This document shows positions 7,358 to 17,142 of a DNA stretch of 33,421 bases, piece after piece. The position numbers and the translations under genes were made by a program. The notes beneath the pieces were generated by a model. The model did not search any database and was not told where the DNA came from. It worked only from the letters and a program-made list of their open reading frames with translations. The DNA is from Candidatus Muiribacteriota bacterium. GTDB taxonomy: Bacteria > Muiribacteriota > Muiribacteriia > Muiribacteriales > Muiribacteriaceae. Within the stretch, counting starts at the first letter, position 1. Each line of letters starts with the position of its first letter. The DNA lies in the NCBI GenBank assembly GCA_051747805.1, contig JBNJGP010000024.1, positions 1-33,421 on the forward strand, written 5' to 3'.

Positions 7358-9205
7358 TTATTTTTCAAATCCTGGATAAAGATTCATTTCTGTATACCAT
7401 TTTTTCAAAGAGGCAATTCTGTCTTTTTCATTTTCCGGCACTTTAAAAGGTCTTCTGCCTCTAGTATCTATAATAATTCCAACAGTTCCTCCTGAAACCT
7501 CTTTTTCTACAGCTACTCCCTTTCCTTTACCCATATCAAACTGTTTTGTTGGAGTTACTTTTATATTAGCTTTTTCATCAATAGCAAGTGGAAAAACCTT
7601 CATTTCACCAAATGGTAGGTCTGCCTGTTTTTTATCACCGTTTTTATACTCAATATCAACTGAAATACACGGTTTTCCAGGCTTTACACATCCAACTGGA
7701 GCAATACAGGTACCAAGGTAAATTAAACAGTCTTTTTCAAAGACCTGTGTGGCCGCCTCGGGGTGAACCTCAGAAAGCACACCAAGCTGAGGCATCATAA
7801 AAATAGAATCAACAGTAAGCTGAGTTATTCCCTCGGGTAAAAAGGCATCAATCATCATCATCGCAGACTGATTTCTGCGGGGAGCATGTGATAAAACGCC
7901 ACCACTTCCAATAATCATATCCAGATTAATCATATTAACAAGACTTGAGGTTATATCCTCCTGAGAAAAAACATCAGAAACAGTCCTCTGCTTCTGAACC
8001 CCCTTAAGACCGACAGCAAGGGATTTATGCTGATCAAACGATAATCTCAGGGCCTCCCTCGCAACTGCCTGCTCAAACATCAATTCTTCAAGCATTTGTG
8101 GAATAGTAGTAGGTCTTATCATTTTATTTTTAACCTTATTTCTTAAATCACCAATATTCATGTCAAAAGGGATCCATCTTAAAACATTCTCCAATCCAGC
8201 TTCCGAAACCACATTTGAAATCGAATAACTCATTCCAAGATTTGCAGAAACTGTTCTGTTAAACACAGTATTTCTTCCTTCTTCAGCTTCTTCAGAGCGG
8301 AAAACAGAAAAAACATCGGTTGTGGCTCCACCAATATCAACACCTACAACCTCTATATTATTCAGATTGGCTATTGTTTCCATTATTTGACCCACAGCCC
8401 CGGGAGTCGGCATAATATCAACATCTGTCATACTCATAAGTTTTTTATACCCGGGAGCCTGTGCCATAACATGGTCTAAAAACTGATCCTGTATTTTATG
8501 TCTTGCAGGCATCAGATTTTCTCTCTCCATAACAGGTCTAAGATTATCTGTAATATCCAGAGCGGTTTTTTCACTTAATATTTTTTCAATTTCTTCAGTT
8601 GCGTCTTTATTTCCAGCATAAATTACAGGCAGTTTATACGAACTTCCCAGTCTTGGTCTTGGGTCTGCCGCCGCAATAATTTCAGCCAGTTCAACAACAT
8701 GTTTTACAGTTCCACCGTCAATACCACCTGAAAGAAGAATCATATCCGGGCGCAGATTTCTTATTCTTTCAATTTTCTGATAAGGCTTTCTTCCATCATT
8801 ATTGGCAATTGCGTCCATAACAATAGCTCCAGCCCCCAAAGCGGCTCTAGAGGCAGATTCTGCAGTCATCGATTTAACAACTCCCGCAACCATCATCTGA
8901 AGACCTCCGCCTGCAGAACTTGTTGAAATATATAAATCAACTCCCTCGTTTTCTTTATCATCTTTTAATATTTTATCGTTTTCTAAAATTTTTATGTCTC
9001 TAAGCTCCTCAAGCTCATTTACAGCATTTATCACCCCGCGGGTAACATCCTCAACAGGCGCCTCAACAGTAGTCGGAGCCTCACCTCTTACGACAAGTCT
9101 GTATTCCCCGTCAATTTTTTCAATCAGTATAGACTTGGTTGTGGTTGAACCACAATCTGTTGCAACAATTCTTTTAATTTTTTGCTTGTCGATGTTTGTG
9201 CCCAT
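7358..9205 (-). CDS. GlmL/MutL (glutamate mutase L)-like ASKHA ATPase with C-terminal extension
   Basis: Phosphate-1 TDCGSTTTK, SSAGGGL, LLSGGIDGG, phosphate-2 VDIGGATTDVFS, IGSGGVLSH. Confidence 0.85.
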   Translation of the reverse strand: MGTNIDKQKIKRIVATDCGSTTTKSILIEKIDGEYRLVVRGEAPTTVEAPVEDVTRGVINAVNELEELRDIKILENDKILKDDKENEGVDLYISTSSAGGGLQMMVAGVVKSMTAESASRAALGAGAIVMDAIANNDGRKPYQKIERIRNLRPDMILLSGGIDGGTVKHVVELAEIIAAADPRPRLGSSYKLPVIYAGNKDATEEIEKILSEKTALDITDNLRPVMERENLMPARHKIQDQFLDHVMAQAPGYKKLMSMTDVDIMPTPGAVGQIMETIANLNNIEVVGVDIGGATTDVFSVFRSEEAEEGRNTVFNRTVSANLGMSYSISNVVSEAGLENVLRWIPFDMNIGDLRNKVKNKMIRPTTIPQMLEELMFEQAVAREALRLSFDQHKSLAVGLKGVQKQRTVSDVFSQEDITSSLVNMINLDMIIGSGGVLSHAPRRNQSAMMMIDAFLPEGITQLTVDSIFMMPQLGVLSEVHPEAATQVFEKDCLIYLGTCIAPVGCVKPGKPCISVDIEYKNGDKKQADLPFGEMKVFPLAIDEKANIKVTPTKQFDMGKGKGVAVEKEVSGGTVGIIIDTRGRRPFKVPENEKDRIASLKKWYTEMNLYPGFEK

Positions 9206-9494
9206 TTTTATTCTCCTTTTTCATTTTTTCTTCTTTTTCTATTTGACGTATTATGTATTCTACTCCCTCGCGGCTCTCTAAAATTCTTCTAATCACATCA
9301 TAAGTTTTAAATTCATGAATTATATTAACAACCGGTTGAAAGACAGCAAGTGCCTGACTTCCAACAAAGGAGAGAGGTTTATATGCTTCAAGAAATAATA
9401 TTGCCGGTACACTTAAATTATTTTTTACGATTTTTTTTATCAGTTTCTGAAGCACTTTTTGATCTTTTTTTGTCAGATTGAGCAATAACTTCAT
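9174..9494 (-). CDS. Small helical hypothetical protein
   Basis: VPAILFLEAYKPLSFVGSQ...P...LE.RE.VE pattern; overlaps both neighbours. Confidence 0.7.
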   Translation of the reverse strand: MKLLLNLTKKDQKVLQKLIKKIVKNNLSVPAILFLEAYKPLSFVGSQALAVFQPVVNIIHEFKTYDVIRRILESREGVEYIIRQIEKEEKMKKENKNGHKHRQAKN

Positions 9495-9894
9495 TTATAA
9501 TTTCCTTAAGTTTATTTTTTTCTTCCTCTGCAACAAAGATTTTACATCCTCTAAAATTATCTATAATACTATTACCATCTATTGTACTTAAAAATAATCC
9601 ATTTTTCCAGTCTGAAACATCAGAAAATCTAGAAAGATTAACTTTTTTTTTAAAAAAAAGAATTTTTGTTGTTAATAAAGACTCTTTAAGGTTAAGATTG
9701 TATTTTATTGTAAAAAAAAGTTCTCTCATATGAAAAACAACAATAATCAGCAGTAAAACAGACATCCAGAACTCAACCCAGTAAAGAGAAAACAAAATAA
9801 AAGACATCAGCACAATTGTTGCAAGTGCTGATGCCGTTTTGTTTTGATTAAAAAAATTAAATTCCCAGCATACTTCTCTGGCCTTTTTTTTCAT
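9418..9894 (-). CDS. Hypothetical membrane protein (about 2 TM plus a small beta-rich domain)
   Basis: Two N-terminal hydrophobic segments; TAATG coupling with the upstream gene at 9894. Confidence 0.65.
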   Translation of the reverse strand: MKKKAREVCWEFNFFNQNKTASALATIVLMSFILFSLYWVEFWMSVLLLIIVVFHMRELFFTIKYNLNLKESLLTTKILFFKKKVNLSRFSDVSDWKNGLFLSTIDGNSIIDNFRGCKIFVAEEEKNKLKEIINEVIAQSDKKRSKSASETDKKNRKK

Positions 9895-10574
9895 TAAACA
9901 ACTACGCCCAGAAAATCTTCTACAAGAAACTGTATTCTATTAATTAAAAGTGAAATTCTGGCCATAACTGTATAACCAAAAGAGGCCCCAAAAGCTATCA
10001 TTAAAAACCATATTCCCAGTCGCGCCGTTTTACCAATTGTGCCTTTATGCTCTGCCGAAAAGAAAAAGTAAAGCAGACCAGTCATAACAGCAATAAAGTA
10101 AATTATATTAAAGGCTGACATCCAGAATGAAAATTCCATAATACCAGAAGCATCAGGAAGATATGCCAGTAGCGGTCTTTCAAAAACAACACCATAAACC
10201 TGACTTACAATATCACTTTTAATCATTGAGGTAATACCTTCACCAGCACCTACACCTACTGTAAAAGCAAGCGGAAATCTAGCCAGCCAGGCATTTTTTG
10301 CACTCATTTTCATAAGCATAAGACAACCAAGAATTAAAGGGATAATTAAAACAAAATTACCACCCTTAGTCGGCTCGGTAAACAACGGATTAAAAAGATT
10401 AGGTAAAAGCACGTTATGAAAGTTAAAAACAAACCAGTAACCAGCAGAAGCTCCAACAAAAATATGCTCTGCAATTTTATATGCAGGATTATCTTTTATC
10501 AGAAATGAAAAAATTGCAAGTGTTAATAATGCCGCAACCCATATACTAGGGTCCATAGATAAATTCATATTCAT
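9894..10574 (-). CDS. Hypothetical polytopic membrane protein
   Basis: About 6 hydrophobic segments; SFL.KDNP.YK.AEH.FVG..AGY and FGA.FGYTVMAR motifs. Confidence 0.85.
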   Translation of the reverse strand: MNMNLSMDPSIWVAALLTLAIFSFLIKDNPAYKIAEHIFVGASAGYWFVFNFHNVLLPNLFNPLFTEPTKGGNFVLIIPLILGCLMLMKMSAKNAWLARFPLAFTVGVGAGEGITSMIKSDIVSQVYGVVFERPLLAYLPDASGIMEFSFWMSAFNIIYFIAVMTGLLYFFFSAEHKGTIGKTARLGIWFLMIAFGASFGYTVMARISLLINRIQFLVEDFLGVVV

Positions 10575-10589
10575 ATAATCAACCCCCTT

Positions 10590-11639
10590 TTATTTATTTT
10601 CTCTTGTTTTTTCAATAAAGAAAATTATATTTCCTAGAATAATAAAAAATATTATTACCATATGTGCAAAGGATTGAGGGGTCATTCCTCTAACGCCTCT
10701 GCCCTTCTCAAAGTTCGTTCCAGCTTCAAACTCAGCTGCTCCTGCAAGTCCTGCAAGCATTCCTGAAAGCTGTTTTGAGGTAATATATGGTAAAAATTCA
10801 GGAGCAGATACCGCTGTAACACCTGCGGCTACCGGAACCCTGGTTCTTCCATTACCGTAAACAATCCATTCTTTTATACCGCCAGAACCAGATGAAAGCG
10901 TGAAAACAAGGTCAATATCCCTTAAAGTATCAATACCTTCAGTAATAGGAAATTCCCCTATATTACGTCCTTCAACAGAGTCTGTCCTCAAAGCATTTTT
11001 AAAATCTGCAACAAGGTCAATAATAACAATTGCTGCACCTACCTGATATCCAGCCGCAAGATAATTTTCACCATATTTAATATGGTCTTCTGGAAATAAG
11101 TTTTTTACTCCCCGGACATAATAAATATCATCTTCACGTAGAACACTAACATCATCCTCATCATCTTCGGCCTCTCTGACAATAACAACATTACCATCTC
11201 TAATATCAAGATACTGTTCTGTTCCAGCATCAGTTTTTGTTGTAACATATACTTTATTACCCATCTGCATAAGCTCAACAGCCTTATCTTTGGTTATCCT
11301 TATTCGATCTGATTCAAGAGAATCTTCAACAAGCGAAGGGCCAAGCGGCCATAAACCCATAGATATTACTTTTAAATCATTTTCAAATGCATAAGTTAAA
11401 AAAGCTGTAAGCATTGGCTGAAGTTCCGCCTGCGAACCTGGATCATAATCTGCAGATAGCAGCACCGTGCTTCCAGGTTCAAGACCATCAAGGGCATCTA
11501 TAACAGCATCTGTCATAGGAGTTGGAAGTACTGGAAGCTGAACTCCAAATATAACTGGAATTACAACAGATAATAAAATAACAACATAAATAATCCGTCT
11601 GTCTAAATTTTTTATATACTCAAAAAATGCATTACCCAT
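10590..11639 (-). CDS. Hypothetical membrane-anchored protein (N- and C-terminal TM, large soluble alpha/beta domain)
   Basis: DRRIIY TM, DYDPGS.AEL.P, YG.NY...GY, PY..S.QL.GML.GL.GAAE.E, QS.AH TM; TAATG coupling at 11639. Confidence 0.85.
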   Translation of the reverse strand: MGNAFFEYIKNLDRRIIYVVILLSVVIPVIFGVQLPVLPTPMTDAVIDALDGLEPGSTVLLSADYDPGSQAELQPMLTAFLTYAFENDLKVISMGLWPLGPSLVEDSLESDRIRITKDKAVELMQMGNKVYVTTKTDAGTEQYLDIRDGNVVIVREAEDDEDDVSVLREDDIYYVRGVKNLFPEDHIKYGENYLAAGYQVGAAIVIIDLVADFKNALRTDSVEGRNIGEFPITEGIDTLRDIDLVFTLSSGSGGIKEWIVYGNGRTRVPVAAGVTAVSAPEFLPYITSKQLSGMLAGLAGAAEFEAGTNFEKGRGVRGMTPQSFAHMVIIFFIILGNIIFFIEKTRENK

Positions 11640-12319
11640 TAATCATCACCTCCCAGATATGTTCTCTCAATTCCAAGAATAATCTTGAGAGAAACTGATA
11701 CAGCACCTAATGCCGCACCAATCATTATAGCTGTCTGAGCACCGGCGGTTGGATAAGTCATTATCCAGTTTGCAATAACAGGAATCTTTTCATGAATCAT
11801 TGCACCAATAGGAACTCTTCCAAGCATAACAATAAATGCTGAAATCAATAAAAAAGTTGCCTCTTTAGTTTTTGCTCTGAAAGCTCTGAAAGCAGCAGAA
11901 GCAACATAAAAGGCAAGAAGTGAAAACATTGTAGCATTCAGCGGTCTCAGCATGTTTGAAAACATCCAGTCAAAAACATTGAATGCTCCTTTCATAAAAC
12001 CCTCTGAATCAGCTGCACCATAACCTATTAATCCAGATATTGTAATTATAAAAAAAGAGATTATCAGTATATAAGAGTATATTATCTGAGTTCCTCCTCT
12101 TTTAATTTTACTGAAATGAATCATTAATAAGTTTAAAATACCTATTAATAAAGCAAAGGCCGTTATAATTCTTGTCCAGTCGTATATACCAGACTGAGCC
12201 TTTGAAACGTCAACACTGTAAACAAGTAGATTTATATCCTGTCCTTCGCTTATAAAGTAAAAAATTATCATAAGCATTGAAATACAGAATGTTATAAGCA
12301 GTGGAATTTGTCTTTTCAT
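11639..12319 (-). CDS. Hypothetical polytopic membrane protein
   Basis: About 6 TM; PL.ATMFSLLAFY.ASAAFRAFR and IILGIER motifs; GGAGG RBS. Confidence 0.85.
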   Translation of the reverse strand: MKRQIPLLITFCISMLMIIFYFISEGQDINLLVYSVDVSKAQSGIYDWTRIITAFALLIGILNLLMIHFSKIKRGGTQIIYSYILIISFFIITISGLIGYGAADSEGFMKGAFNVFDWMFSNMLRPLNATMFSLLAFYVASAAFRAFRAKTKEATFLLISAFIVMLGRVPIGAMIHEKIPVIANWIMTYPTAGAQTAIMIGAALGAVSVSLKIILGIERTYLGGDD

Positions 12320-12337
12320 ACTTCTCCTCCAGTTTTA

Positions 12338-13303
12338 TTAAAAATCCATTATATTTCTAAAAAAGAAATAAACTCTTTGAATCCAGTTTTCAGGTTCAAT
12401 ATTACCCATCTGCATCTTAGTCACTTCGGTAATTTCCTGCCCTGATAAGGTAAAAGAATATACAATTGTAATAAGTGTAAATAGTATAATAATTGTCATA
12501 ACAGCAGCTTTACCCATATCCTGACCTTTTAGCGACCCTCTGGATTTTCCATCATCTGAAAGATAAGCACCAGCTGCATAAAGCTCTTCACCTATAAGAG
12601 TATAATCACAGGCAGTAATAAAAAATGGTATTTGAGATGGATTTGCCGTACCGGCTACCTGAATTGCCCCAATTGAGTTGCCGGTTTCGGCAAGAAGAAG
12701 TGATTCTGCATAAAAACAACCAAGAAAAAAGGTTGCCGCAGGCTTTTCTCTAACCATATATCCGCTTATTCCGGCAACGTAACCAAACTGCTCAGATGTA
12801 AGAAATTCTACCATATTATCCTTATAAGCGTCCGGTCTTCCGGCTGAAAGAAAAGATTCCTTAATTACCTCCTGCGCTGTAGAATAAACTAGCGGGTCTC
12901 TTACAGGAACTTTTAAATCTGACTCATAGTTGGCAATTTTTTTAGAAATATGACCAAGAATCGATACAGAAGCCAGAGTTTCCAGATGTTCAATACCCAT
13001 AATACCAGGTACATAAAGTGCTGGTTTTCCCATCTCAGTGGAACGCCCGAGTGCATCATCAATGGCATTTAACCCAGCAATCTTTCTAATAAAGATTTTC
13101 TGGCCTTTTTTTGCCTTTTCAATAAAATAAACAATCATCCCTCCAAGGAAAAGAAGACCAAATAAAACAGGAAGATTTTTAACAGCAAAAAACCTTTCTG
13201 TGGTTTCTTCTGCCGTAGTTATATCTGCCTCAACAGCAAAAACAACCCCGGTAGAAAAAAGAAGAAAACATAGCAACAAAAAAATTTTTTTCTTCATACT
13301 CAC
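12338..13303 (-). CDS. DUF6754-like membrane protein with N-terminal signal peptide
   Basis: MKKKIFLL...VFA signal, TM, IR.IAGL.AI..A.GR.TEMGKP, F.AESL.LAE.G, Q.PFF...CDY.LIGEELYAA.AY, C-terminal TM. Confidence 0.8.
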   Translation of the reverse strand: MSMKKKIFLLLCFLLFSTGVVFAVEADITTAEETTERFFAVKNLPVLFGLLFLGGMIVYFIEKAKKGQKIFIRKIAGLNAIDDALGRSTEMGKPALYVPGIMGIEHLETLASVSILGHISKKIANYESDLKVPVRDPLVYSTAQEVIKESFLSAGRPDAYKDNMVEFLTSEQFGYVAGISGYMVREKPAATFFLGCFYAESLLLAETGNSIGAIQVAGTANPSQIPFFITACDYTLIGEELYAAGAYLSDDGKSRGSLKGQDMGKAAVMTIIILFTLITIVYSFTLSGQEITEVTKMQMGNIEPENWIQRVYFFFRNIMDF

Positions 13304-13362
13304 CCCTATTTAAAATTTTTGTAGTTAAAAAAAAAATAACAGATTTAATGAAATTTAACAAC

Positions 13363-13381
13363 ATTTTATTATAATAGCTTT
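13363..13381. promoter_or_regulatory. Adjacent divergent -10 hexamers (TATAAT on + at 13370-13375; TAAAAT on - at 13363-13368)
   Basis: Lie in the 78-bp gap between the divergent DUF6754 operon and truA; TATAAT is 6 nt before the truA ATG. Confidence 0.45.
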
Positions 13382-14143
13382 ATGAAAAATATTGTTTTGA
13401 AAATATCATATAATGGTTTTCCTTATTTCGGCTCTCAAAAACAGAAGGGGTTTCCAACAGTACAGGGAGAGCTTGAGAAAAAAATTTCGGCAATGCTTAA
13501 AGAAAATATTAAAACAGTTTTTGCCTCCCGCACAGACCGCGGAGTACATGCTTTCGGGAATTTTTTGAACTTTCATACAAATTCTAATATTCCTGCTCAA
13601 AAATTATATAGAATAAATAAGTATGTTGAAAATATTAAAATTAGAAAAGTTTATACTGCAGATAAAGAATTTTCCACAAGACATAACGCAGAGGGAAAAA
13701 AATATATGTACCTGATAAATACTAACCCACATATTTCTCCTTTTTTCATTAACAATTTTTGGCATATAAATAAAAAAATGGATGTTAATAAAATAAAAGA
13801 AGCTTGTTCATATTTTATAGGAAGACATGATTTCAGAAACTTTTCTAGAAAAATCCCCACCGACCGTAATACAGTACGTGAAATTGATAAAATTAAGTTG
13901 GTTACCGGTTCAAACTTTTTAAAATTTTATATTACTGGAAAGTCCTTTCTTTACAATCAAATACGTTTTATGATATACTCACTTCACGAAGTTGGGCTTT
14001 TTAGACGAAGTCCTGCCTCAATTAAGGATTTACTTGAGGATGAATATAAAAAACTCTCAGGAAAAGCCGTCCCCGGTGGCTTATATCTGATAGATGTTTT
14101 TTATGACTGCAAGTTGAATTATTTACAGGAGGAAAAGAAATGA
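13382..14143 (+). CDS. truA: tRNA pseudouridine(38-40) synthase
   Basis: SY.G..Y.G.Q.Q, SRTD.GVHA (catalytic Asp), G.HDF.NF, SFLYNQIR, GLYL. Confidence 0.95.
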   Translation: MKNIVLKISYNGFPYFGSQKQKGFPTVQGELEKKISAMLKENIKTVFASRTDRGVHAFGNFLNFHTNSNIPAQKLYRINKYVENIKIRKVYTADKEFSTRHNAEGKKYMYLINTNPHISPFFINNFWHINKKMDVNKIKEACSYFIGRHDFRNFSRKIPTDRNTVREIDKIKLVTGSNFLKFYITGKSFLYNQIRFMIYSLHEVGLFRRSPASIKDLLEDEYKKLSGKAVPGGLYLIDVFYDCKLNYLQEEKK

Positions 14144-14577
14144 ACACAAGAACTTTTCAGCTTAGAAAAGAAGATGTTAACAGAAAGTGGCACATTATTG
14201 ACGCTGAAAATAAAACTCTCGGCAGAATTATTCCAGCTATTGCCAAAGTTCTGATTGGAAAACATAAAGTTACATATACACCTCATATTGATGATGGTGA
14301 TTTTGTAGTTGTACTTAACGCAGATAAAGCTAAGCTTTCCGGAAAAAAAGAGTTAAGTAAAACCTACTTTTCTCATTCAATGTATCCGGGTGGCGGAAAA
14401 TATACTTCATATGAAGATATGAAAAAAAAGCATCCTGATAGAATTATCAGACATGCAGTTAGAGGAATGCTTCCAAAAAACAAACTTAATAAACGCAGAT
14501 TAACGAGACTTAAAGTTTATACTGGTTCAGAGCATAAACATACTGCTCAAAAACCCGAAGTACTTGAAATCAATTAA
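14140..14577 (+). CDS. rplM: 50S ribosomal protein L13
   Basis: WHIIDA...LGR, GKHK..YTPH.D.GD, AVRGMLPKN. Confidence 0.98.
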   Translation: MNTRTFQLRKEDVNRKWHIIDAENKTLGRIIPAIAKVLIGKHKVTYTPHIDDGDFVVVLNADKAKLSGKKELSKTYFSHSMYPGGGKYTSYEDMKKKHPDRIIRHAVRGMLPKNKLNKRRLTRLKVYTGSEHKHTAQKPEVLEIN

Positions 14578-14591
14578 GGAGGAATTAAAAC

Positions 14592-14984
14592 ATGGCTGAA
14601 CTGCTTGGCATGGGAACAGGTAGAAGGAAAACCTCCACCGCAAGAGTAAGATTATTCAGAGGTACCGGCAATATAACTATAAACGGAAGAAAATTCGATG
14701 AATTTTTTCCAAGAGAGCTTGTTAGAAGAACAATTATTGAGCCTTTAAATATTGTTAAAAACGCCGGAAACTATGATATTACCGTAACTGTACGTGGTGG
14801 TGGCTTAACAGGTCAATCTGGCGCGGTAAGACATGGTATTGCAAGAGCTCTTTTAGAGGTGGATAAAGATTTCAGAGCCCCTCTTAAAAAAGAAGGTATG
14901 CTTACCCGTGACGCTAGAATGGTTGAAAGAAAGAAACCTGGTCAACCAAAAGCAAGAAAGAAGTTTCAATTTTCAAAAAGATAA
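14592..14984 (+). CDS. rpsI: 30S ribosomal protein S9
   Basis: GTGRRK, GGGLTGQ, LTRD.R.VERKK, QFSKR. Confidence 0.98.
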   Translation: MAELLGMGTGRRKTSTARVRLFRGTGNITINGRKFDEFFPRELVRRTIIEPLNIVKNAGNYDITVTVRGGGLTGQSGAVRHGIARALLEVDKDFRAPLKKEGMLTRDARMVERKKPGQPKARKKFQFSKR

Positions 14985-15003
14985 TTTTTATTTTTCACAA
15001 AAT

Positions 15004-15036
15004 AAAAAAGAGGGCTTTTTTAAAGCCCTCTTTTTA
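15004..15036. terminator. Bidirectional intrinsic terminator between rpsI and the mutase gene
   Basis: AAAAAGAGGGCTTT-ttt-AAAGCCCTCTTTTT perfect inverted repeat with A/T tails. Confidence 0.9.
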
Positions 15037-15076
15037 TATCTGGAGATTTATTGCTTTTAACTTAACTTTTTAAGAT

Positions 15077-16753
15077 TTAAAAAACTTTCTGAGTATATTC
15101 CCCATAGATTTCTTTCAGCTCGTTACATATTTCACCTAAAGTAGCATACGCTTCTACAGACTCTATTACATAAGGAAACATATTTTCATCACCTTTTCTT
15201 GCAGCTTCTTTAAGATTTTTGAGGGTTTCTTTAACTTTCTTATCATCTCTTTTTTCTTTTAGTTTTTTGAGACTTTTTAGCTGCCTGTTTTGGACCTCAA
15301 TATCTACTTTTAAAAGATTTTTAGGAGGTTCTTCTTCAGATTGATGTTTATTAACTCCAACAAGCGTAATATCATTAGATTCAATTGATTTTTGATAATC
15401 ATAGGCACTTTTTTGTATTTCGTTTTGAATAAAACCGTTTTCTATAGCTTTGGGTGCCCCTCCAAGTTCATCTATTTTTTTAATATAATCTAAAGCCTGT
15501 TTTTCAATTTCATCTGTTATTTTCTCAACATAATAACTGCCTCCAAGAGGGTCTGGAGTATCTGTTACACCTGATTCTTCTGCTATAATCTGTTGAGTTC
15601 TTAAAGCAATACGTACAGCCTCCTCAGTTGGAAGCGCTAGAGCTTCATCTCTTGAGTTTGTATGAAGAGATTGTGTTCCTCCAAGTACAGCAGATAAAGC
15701 CTGGAGTGCAACGCGCACTATATTATTATCTGGCTGCTGGGCAGTTAGTGTTGAACCACCCGTCTGTGTATGAAATCTTAACATCATCGATTTAGGTTTT
15801 TTAGCCTTAAACCGTTCTTTCATAACTTTAGCCCAAATTCTTCTGGCTGCACGATATTTCGCGATTTCTTCAAAAAAGCCATTATGCGCATTAAAAAAGA
15901 AAGAAAGTCTGCGCGCAAAAGAATCAACATCAAGACCAGTTTTTATTGCCGCCTCTACATACGCTATGCCGTTTGCAAGAGTAAAAGCCACTTCCTGAGC
16001 CGCATTAGATCCTGCTTCTCTAATATGATAACCAGAAATAGAAATAGTATTCCAGTTTGGGATATTATCTTTACAATAACTGAAAATATCTGTTATTAAC
16101 TTCATCGAAGGTTCTGGCGGAAATATATATGTTCCGCGGGCTACATATTCTTTTAAAATATCGTTTTGTATAGTTCCGCTTAACTCTTGAAGACCGACTC
16201 CCTGTTTTTTTGCAACCGCCGCATACATAGCAAGAAGAACCATTGAGGGTGCATTTATAGTCATTGAAGTTGATACTTTATTAAGCGGAATACCGTCAAA
16301 AAGCACCTCCATATCTGCAAGCGAATCAATGGCAACTCCAACTTTACCAACTTCTCCCTCTGAAATAGGATTGTCAGAATCAAATCCAATTTGTGTAGGA
16401 AGGTCAAAAGCAACAGAAAGTCCTGAAGTGCCGTTGTCAAGAAGATATTTATATCTTTCATTAGTTTCCTTTGCACTGCCAAAACCAGCATACTGACGCA
16501 TTGTCCAGAACCGTCCCCTGTACATTGTCGGCTGCACACCTCGTGTATAAGGGTATTCGCCTGGAAAACCAAGTTTATCATAGTCCATTTCTTCGTCTGG
16601 TGTATAAATATTTTTAACTTCCATCCCAAAATTATTTTTAAACTTTTCTTTTCTTTCAGGAAATCTATCAGTAACCTTTTTCAAAGTTGTTTCTTTCCAT
16701 TCTTTTTCCTGTTTTTTAATTTTTTCAACTTTTTCTTTTTTAAAATCAGCCAT
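15077..16753 (-). CDS. Methylmalonyl-CoA mutase, substrate-binding (large) subunit of the split type
   Basis: [18 protein letters not shown] (Tyr specificity residue), [12 protein letters not shown] (Arg), [19 protein letters not shown]; no B12 domain. Confidence 0.95.
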   Translation of the reverse strand: MADFKKEKVEKIKKQEKEWKETTLKKVTDRFPERKEKFKNNFGMEVKNIYTPDEEMDYDKLGFPGEYPYTRGVQPTMYRGRFWTMRQYAGFGSAKETNERYKYLLDNGTSGLSVAFDLPTQIGFDSDNPISEGEVGKVGVAIDSLADMEVLFDGIPLNKVSTSMTINAPSMVLLAMYAAVAKKQGVGLQELSGTIQNDILKEYVARGTYIFPPEPSMKLITDIFSYCKDNIPNWNTISISGYHIREAGSNAAQEVAFTLANGIAYVEAAIKTGLDVDSFARRLSFFFNAHNGFFEEIAKYRAARRIWAKVMKERFKAKKPKSMMLRFHTQTGGSTLTAQQPDNNIVRVALQALSAVLGGTQSLHTNSRDEALALPTEEAVRIALRTQQIIAEESGVTDTPDPLGGSYYVEKITDEIEKQALDYIKKIDELGGAPKAIENGFIQNEIQKSAYDYQKSIESNDITLVGVNKHQSEEEPPKNLLKVDIEVQNRQLKSLKKLKEKRDDKKVKETLKNLKEAARKGDENMFPYVIESVEAYATLGEICNELKEIYGEYTQKVF

Positions 16754-16755
16754 AA

Positions 16756-17142
16756 TTACTCTCCTTCACATAGTTCCATTAATACACCATTTGTAGATTT
16801 AGGGTGTATAAACGCTATTTTTTTACCGTGAGCTCCTTCACGTGGTGTTTTATCAATTAATCTATAACCCTTATCTTCCATACTTTTGAGCTTCTGTGTT
16901 AGATTTTTAACATTAAAGGCTATATGATGTATACCTTCACCTTTTTTAGAAATAAATTTGCCTATTGGTGAATCTTCATCAACTGGTTGAAGCAGTTCAA
17001 TACTTGATTCCCCGGCCGGTAAAAATCCTACTTTCATTCCATCAATTTCTTCTTTGTGCTCCAGCTTTAACCCGGCAGCCTCATATACTTTTTTTGCCTC
17101 TTCAATATCCTTAACAGCAATTCCGACGTGATCAATTTTCAT
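16756..17142 (-). CDS. mce: Methylmalonyl-CoA epimerase
   Basis: [39 protein letters not shown]. Confidence 0.95.
   Translation of the reverse strand: MKIDHVGIAVKDIEEAKKVYEAAGLKLEHKEEIDGMKVGFLPAGESSIELLQPVDEDSPIGKFISKKGEGIHHIAFNVKNLTQKLKSMEDKGYRLIDKTPREGAHGKKIAFIHPKSTNGVLMELCEGE

Noticed and set aside
7358..9205. Calling this a glutamate mutase or mismatch-repair MutL
   Set aside because: Motifs are ASKHA-type, not GHKL; no B12-binding or mutase catalytic motifs
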